Assembly (NCBI GenBank): GCA_934691225.1
Contig: CAKUSQ010000001.1
Coordinates: 150,001-182,000 of the forward strand
Direction of reading: 5' to 3'
Length of the DNA: 32,000 nt
Source of the DNA: an uncultured Opitutales bacterium
Lineage (GTDB): Bacteria > Verrucomicrobiota > Verrucomicrobiia > Opitutales > UBA9783
Shown here one piece after another: positions 29,039 through 32,000 of this stretch. Positions within the stretch are counted from its first letter, which is position 1; every line of letters starts with the position of its first letter. Made by a program: the position numbers and the translations under genes. The notes beneath the pieces were generated by a model. The model had not been told where the DNA came from, did not search any database, and saw only the letters and a list, made by a program, of their open reading frames with translations.

Positions 29039-30223
29039 TTACAATTTTTTTAATACAAAGTATACACTAAGCAAAACAAACCCATTGATATACAATAAGA
29101 TTTGGCTAACAGCCCCATAACAGCCGAAAAAATGTGCTAAACTGCTGTAAACAAAAGGCCCCATAGCACTGCAAAAACTAACCCATCCTGCAAAAGTAGC
29201 ATAACCAATGGCACGCTGTTCTACAGATAGAATGCGTGCTGGAAAGCTATAAGATAAAATGTGACTGCAACTCCAAACTAAAGCACACGCAAAAATAAAT
29301 GCTGCCATTCCCCAAAGTGTATCCAGATGAGTAATTGAAAAGTTAAATAGCATTAAATCTAATAGGACGCTATAAAACAACGTGTATGTTTTAGAATGAT
29401 TGTAAAGCCAAGCCATTAAAGGATTTAAAATCAATTCACTCAACGATATAGGTAAAAAAACTTTAAAAATGGTACTCAAAGGAATCTGTTGTTCTCTCGC
29501 AAAATCCGATAAGTGAAACGCCACAGCAGTTGATTGTAAATTTTGAAAAGCAATGATACCTAAACCTATTTTAAAGGACAATGGAAAATCTTTTAGAACA
29601 AACCGAAATCTTTTTAATGAATGAATTTGCATGGAAGTAACTCTTGGCAAATTTTTCGGCAAAAATAACAACCAAACCACTAACAACATCACTTGCACAC
29701 AAATAACCCAATGCCATTGCTCAAAAGCATTCCATCTGGCTAAAACATACAAAATAGTGCTTGCACAACACACAATAACAGTTGTATGAACCATCCCTAT
29801 CCAAGCACAACATTTATCATCAAATAAACTAGCCGCATAAGTTCGTGTAAACGTTGGTAAAAGTCCCTGCCCACTTAAACGAAAACCACCATAAATACTT
29901 ACCAAAAAAATAAACTTTACAAACACTGGACACGATAATTTTATTGTAAGAAAAACACCGATAAAACTCGCGATAAAAGTACCATATGCTATTCGAAAAC
30001 TTTTTTTAAGGCAAAAATTTTGTCCCAAACAACAAATCACTAGCGGCACACCCAAACTTGCTATAAAAGTTCCTAAAGAATACGCAAGAGAAAACAATGC
30101 CTCCGAAAGACCCAAGTTTTTCTTCAAATATGGATTCAACGCCGATATAAACGGAGTACGCCCTAATATCGATGGCAAAAGAAGCCACGTACTGATTATC
30201 AAAAATCGAATCATGCCGATCAC
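29039..30223 (-). CDS. polytopic membrane transporter, MFS-like
   Basis: 394 aa with ~11-12 hydrophobic segments split by a central basic loop (PRVTSMQIHSLKRFRF), giving a typical 6+6 MFS layout. No substrate can be inferred. Confidence 0.55.
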   Translation of the reverse strand: MIGMIRFLIISTWLLLPSILGRTPFISALNPYLKKNLGLSEALFSLAYSLGTFIASLGVPLVICCLGQNFCLKKSFRIAYGTFIASFIGVFLTIKLSCPVFVKFIFLVSIYGGFRLSGQGLLPTFTRTYAASLFDDKCCAWIGMVHTTVIVCCASTILYVLARWNAFEQWHWVICVQVMLLVVWLLFLPKNLPRVTSMQIHSLKRFRFVLKDFPLSFKIGLGIIAFQNLQSTAVAFHLSDFAREQQIPLSTIFKVFLPISLSELILNPLMAWLYNHSKTYTLFYSVLLDLMLFNFSITHLDTLWGMAAFIFACALVWSCSHILSYSFPARILSVEQRAIGYATFAGWVSFCSAMGPFVYSSLAHFFGCYGAVSQILLYINGFVLLSVYFVLKKL

Positions 30224-30326
30224 ATTAGGTTACATTTTTCTTTTTATCGAGCGAAAACTTAAATTCTTTCCATTGATTTTCAAAATTTCTAAAAATCGTT
30301 CAATTCCTTCCGATTTCATATATCAT

Positions 30327-31007
30327 ATGAAAAAATCTACAATACTCATCGGATGTTTACTATCAGCCATTTGCTTAACCAAAGCAGATACACCCATCAA
30401 CCTGTTTCTTCTATCAAGACACAATGTAAAAGTTTCAACGTTGCAAGAGTTTGTGTACAAGTCACCTGAAACTTTCAAACATGCCCGCACCTTTCTTAAC
30501 AGTTTACCTACAAACACTTACATAATTTCAGATTTTATAAAACTTTGGGTATCTTTAGAAAACGCTTGGCGTCAAAACCTCTCTTTGGAAAACTACTGTA
30601 CTCAGCATCACTTAAAATTTTCCTCCGAATGGGAAACATTCACAACCAAAATGTTACTTAATGCACATCCAAAAACATCCACTGATATGTTCATGTTTGA
30701 CGAAGAACTTGAAGATGCATCTGAAATCTGGACTCAACCGTTGCGAGCTCCCTACTTATTCCTCTGTGGAACCACATTTGCTTATTTGCCTAGCAACTTC
30801 TACCTCAATGAATCATACGGACAACGCTGCTTATGGGAATTATTAGATTGCATCTATTGTAGCTTAAAATTTGGACTGAACATCAAATGTGTGTTTGATA
30901 TATTCAATTTGCGTGCAGAAAAGATTAATGACCTCAACTACACAGATTACGAAATACACTTACTCGCACTTCACAAAAATGCTTCTAAAACCATAAACAG
31001 GTTATAA
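30327..31007 (+). CDS. secreted hypothetical protein
   Basis: I trimmed the start to the ATG at 30327 (MKKSTILIGCLLSAICLTKA, a signal peptide). The track's 30213 start would overlap the divergent transporter start. 226 aa. No motif recognised. Confidence 0.5.
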   Translation: MKKSTILIGCLLSAICLTKADTPINLFLLSRHNVKVSTLQEFVYKSPETFKHARTFLNSLPTNTYIISDFIKLWVSLENAWRQNLSLENYCTQHHLKFSSEWETFTTKMLLNAHPKTSTDMFMFDEELEDASEIWTQPLRAPYLFLCGTTFAYLPSNFYLNESYGQRCLWELLDCIYCSLKFGLNIKCVFDIFNLRAEKINDLNYTDYEIHLLALHKNASKTINRL

Positions 31008-31013
31008 AACGTT

Positions 31014-31382
31014 TTACTTAGCTAAAGAGAAACGTTTTTCGCGCACCTGACTTGCAGCTTTACCGATACGCTTACGTAAATAATACATTTTGGCAGAACG
31101 CAAAACAACACTTTCCTTGGTAACTTCTATTTTTACAATATTAGGAGAATTCAAAGGGAAAACGCGTTCTACACCAAAACCTGAAACGACACGACGGACC
31201 GTAAAATTTTCTGCAATACCAGATCCTTTTTTTGCAATCACGATTCCCGTAAAAACTTGAATACGTTCTTTTCCATTTTCATTGATGCGGATCGAAACGG
31301 AAATTTCATCCCCAACTTTAAAAGCAACGTGATTATTTTTCACTTGATCTGCAGTAACTTCTCTAAGAATAGCTTGGCTCAT
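31014..31382 (-). CDS. rplS: 50S ribosomal protein L19
   Basis: ...FKVGD.ISV...I.E.GKERIQ.F.G.VIA.KGSG....FTVRR...G.GVER.FPL.SP.I..IEV.. is the L19 signature. It lies downstream of trmD, as in the conserved operon. Confidence 0.95.
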   Translation of the reverse strand: MSQAILREVTADQVKNNHVAFKVGDEISVSIRINENGKERIQVFTGIVIAKKGSGIAENFTVRRVVSGFGVERVFPLNSPNIVKIEVTKESVVLRSAKMYYLRKRIGKAASQVREKRFSLAK

Positions 31383-31389
31383 TTTTTTA

Positions 31390-32000
31390 CTAATTAAAGA
31401 TTAAATCTGGACGACGCCGTATGGTTCGCAACATTTGCTGCTCCAAACGCCAACTAGCGATTGCCTCATGATCACCTGACAACAAAACGCTAGGTACTTC
31501 ATCTCCATTAAAATTAAAAGGTCGTGTATACTGTGGAAAAGATAACAAACCATTACTAAAACAATCCTGCTCCAACGATTGCTCCGCACCCAAAACTCCC
31601 GGGATATAACGAACAACCGCATCAATTAATACAGCCGCAGGCAATGTTCCATTGGTCAACACATAATCTCCTATCGAAACTTCCTCATCCACATAAGAAG
31701 TTCGAAAGCGCTCATCTACACTTTCATAATGTCCAGATATCAACAACAAATGCTTGCGCTTAGAAAAAGCACGTACACGTTGATTTGATAACAGCGGCCC
31801 ATCTGGACACAGATAAACAACATATGTATCTTCGCGCCTCAAATCACTCACTGCATGCATCAGAGGGTCTGGTTTTAAAACCATCCCAGCACCACCACCA
31901 AAAGGACGATCATCGACCGTATGATGAACATCTTTTGCCCAATCGCGCAAATTGTGCACACGAAGATCCACAAGATGTTCGCGCATAGCTCGACCTATAA
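31390..32000 (-). CDS. trmD: tRNA (guanine37-N1)-methyltransferase TrmD, 5' end beyond the window
   Basis: VDDRPFGGGAGMVLKPDPL, LLISGHYESVDERF and SIGDYVLTNGTLPA are TrmD motifs. The frame stays open upstream of the listed ATG (..IGRAMREHLVDLRVHNLRDW), so the true start lies off-window. Confidence 0.92.
   Translation of the reverse strand, partial: IGRAMREHLVDLRVHNLRDWAKDVHHTVDDRPFGGGAGMVLKPDPLMHAVSDLRREDTYVVYLCPDGPLLSNQRVRAFSKRKHLLLISGHYESVDERFRTSYVDEEVSIGDYVLTNGTLPAAVLIDAVVRYIPGVLGAEQSLEQDCFSNGLLSFPQYTRPFNFNGDEVPSVLLSGDHEAIASWRLEQQMLRTIRRRPDLIFN

Overview
This is an AT-rich bacterial chromosomal window. Hand spot-counts give mid-30s %GC. It uses the standard genetic code, and almost no genes have a Shine-Dalgarno (SD) motif. 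From memory, the 16S signature (CAGCAGTTTCGAATTATTCACAATGGGCGAAAGCCTGATGGTGCGACG) looks Verrucomicrobia/Opitutae-like (PVC group); I could not verify this here.

Layout from left to right:
- 1-1413: 3' part of a RecD2-like helicase gene.
- 1391-1633 (-): an 80-aa PilT N-terminal remnant.
- ~1679-6739 (-): a complete rRNA operon in the order 16S, tRNA-Ala, tRNA-Ile, 23S, 5S.
- 7105-16436 (+): a very compact 9.3-kb, single-strand, translationally coupled phage-morphogenesis cluster.
- 16502-18530 (+): floA, a small membrane protein and an M50 (site-2 protease-like) peptidase.
- 18760-19767 (-): a HAD hydrolase.
- 19813-22035 (-): a GAF-domain GspE/PilB-type ATPase.
- 22224-26068 (+): rpmH-rnpA-yidD-yidC-yebC and a divergent RluA-like gene.
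- 26069-26871 (-): RNase P RNA, then tRNA-Asp, tRNA-Thr and tRNA-Lys.
- 27058-30223 (-): a small secreted Cys-rich protein, fbaB (class I aldolase), an orphan FliO-like gene and an MFS-like transporter.
- 30327-31007 (+): a secreted hypothetical protein.
- 31014-32000 (-): rplS and partial trmD.

The most interesting object is the phage-derived cluster. It encodes a candidate small terminase, a large terminase, a Mu gp29/DUF935-like portal, a Mu gpI-like protease, a DUF2190-like decoration protein, a major capsid protein, connectors and a few orphan distal proteins. It has no integrase or transposase, no repressor, no replication genes, no tape measure, tail tube or sheath, and no endolysin. 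Every ORF is intact, although the same window contains a decayed gene. I interpret it as a candidate domesticated capsid or GTA-like (gene transfer agent) system, or a tail-less capsid-forming element. A decaying prophage remnant is the alternative. All protein-family calls come from reading motifs by eye; no database search was possible.
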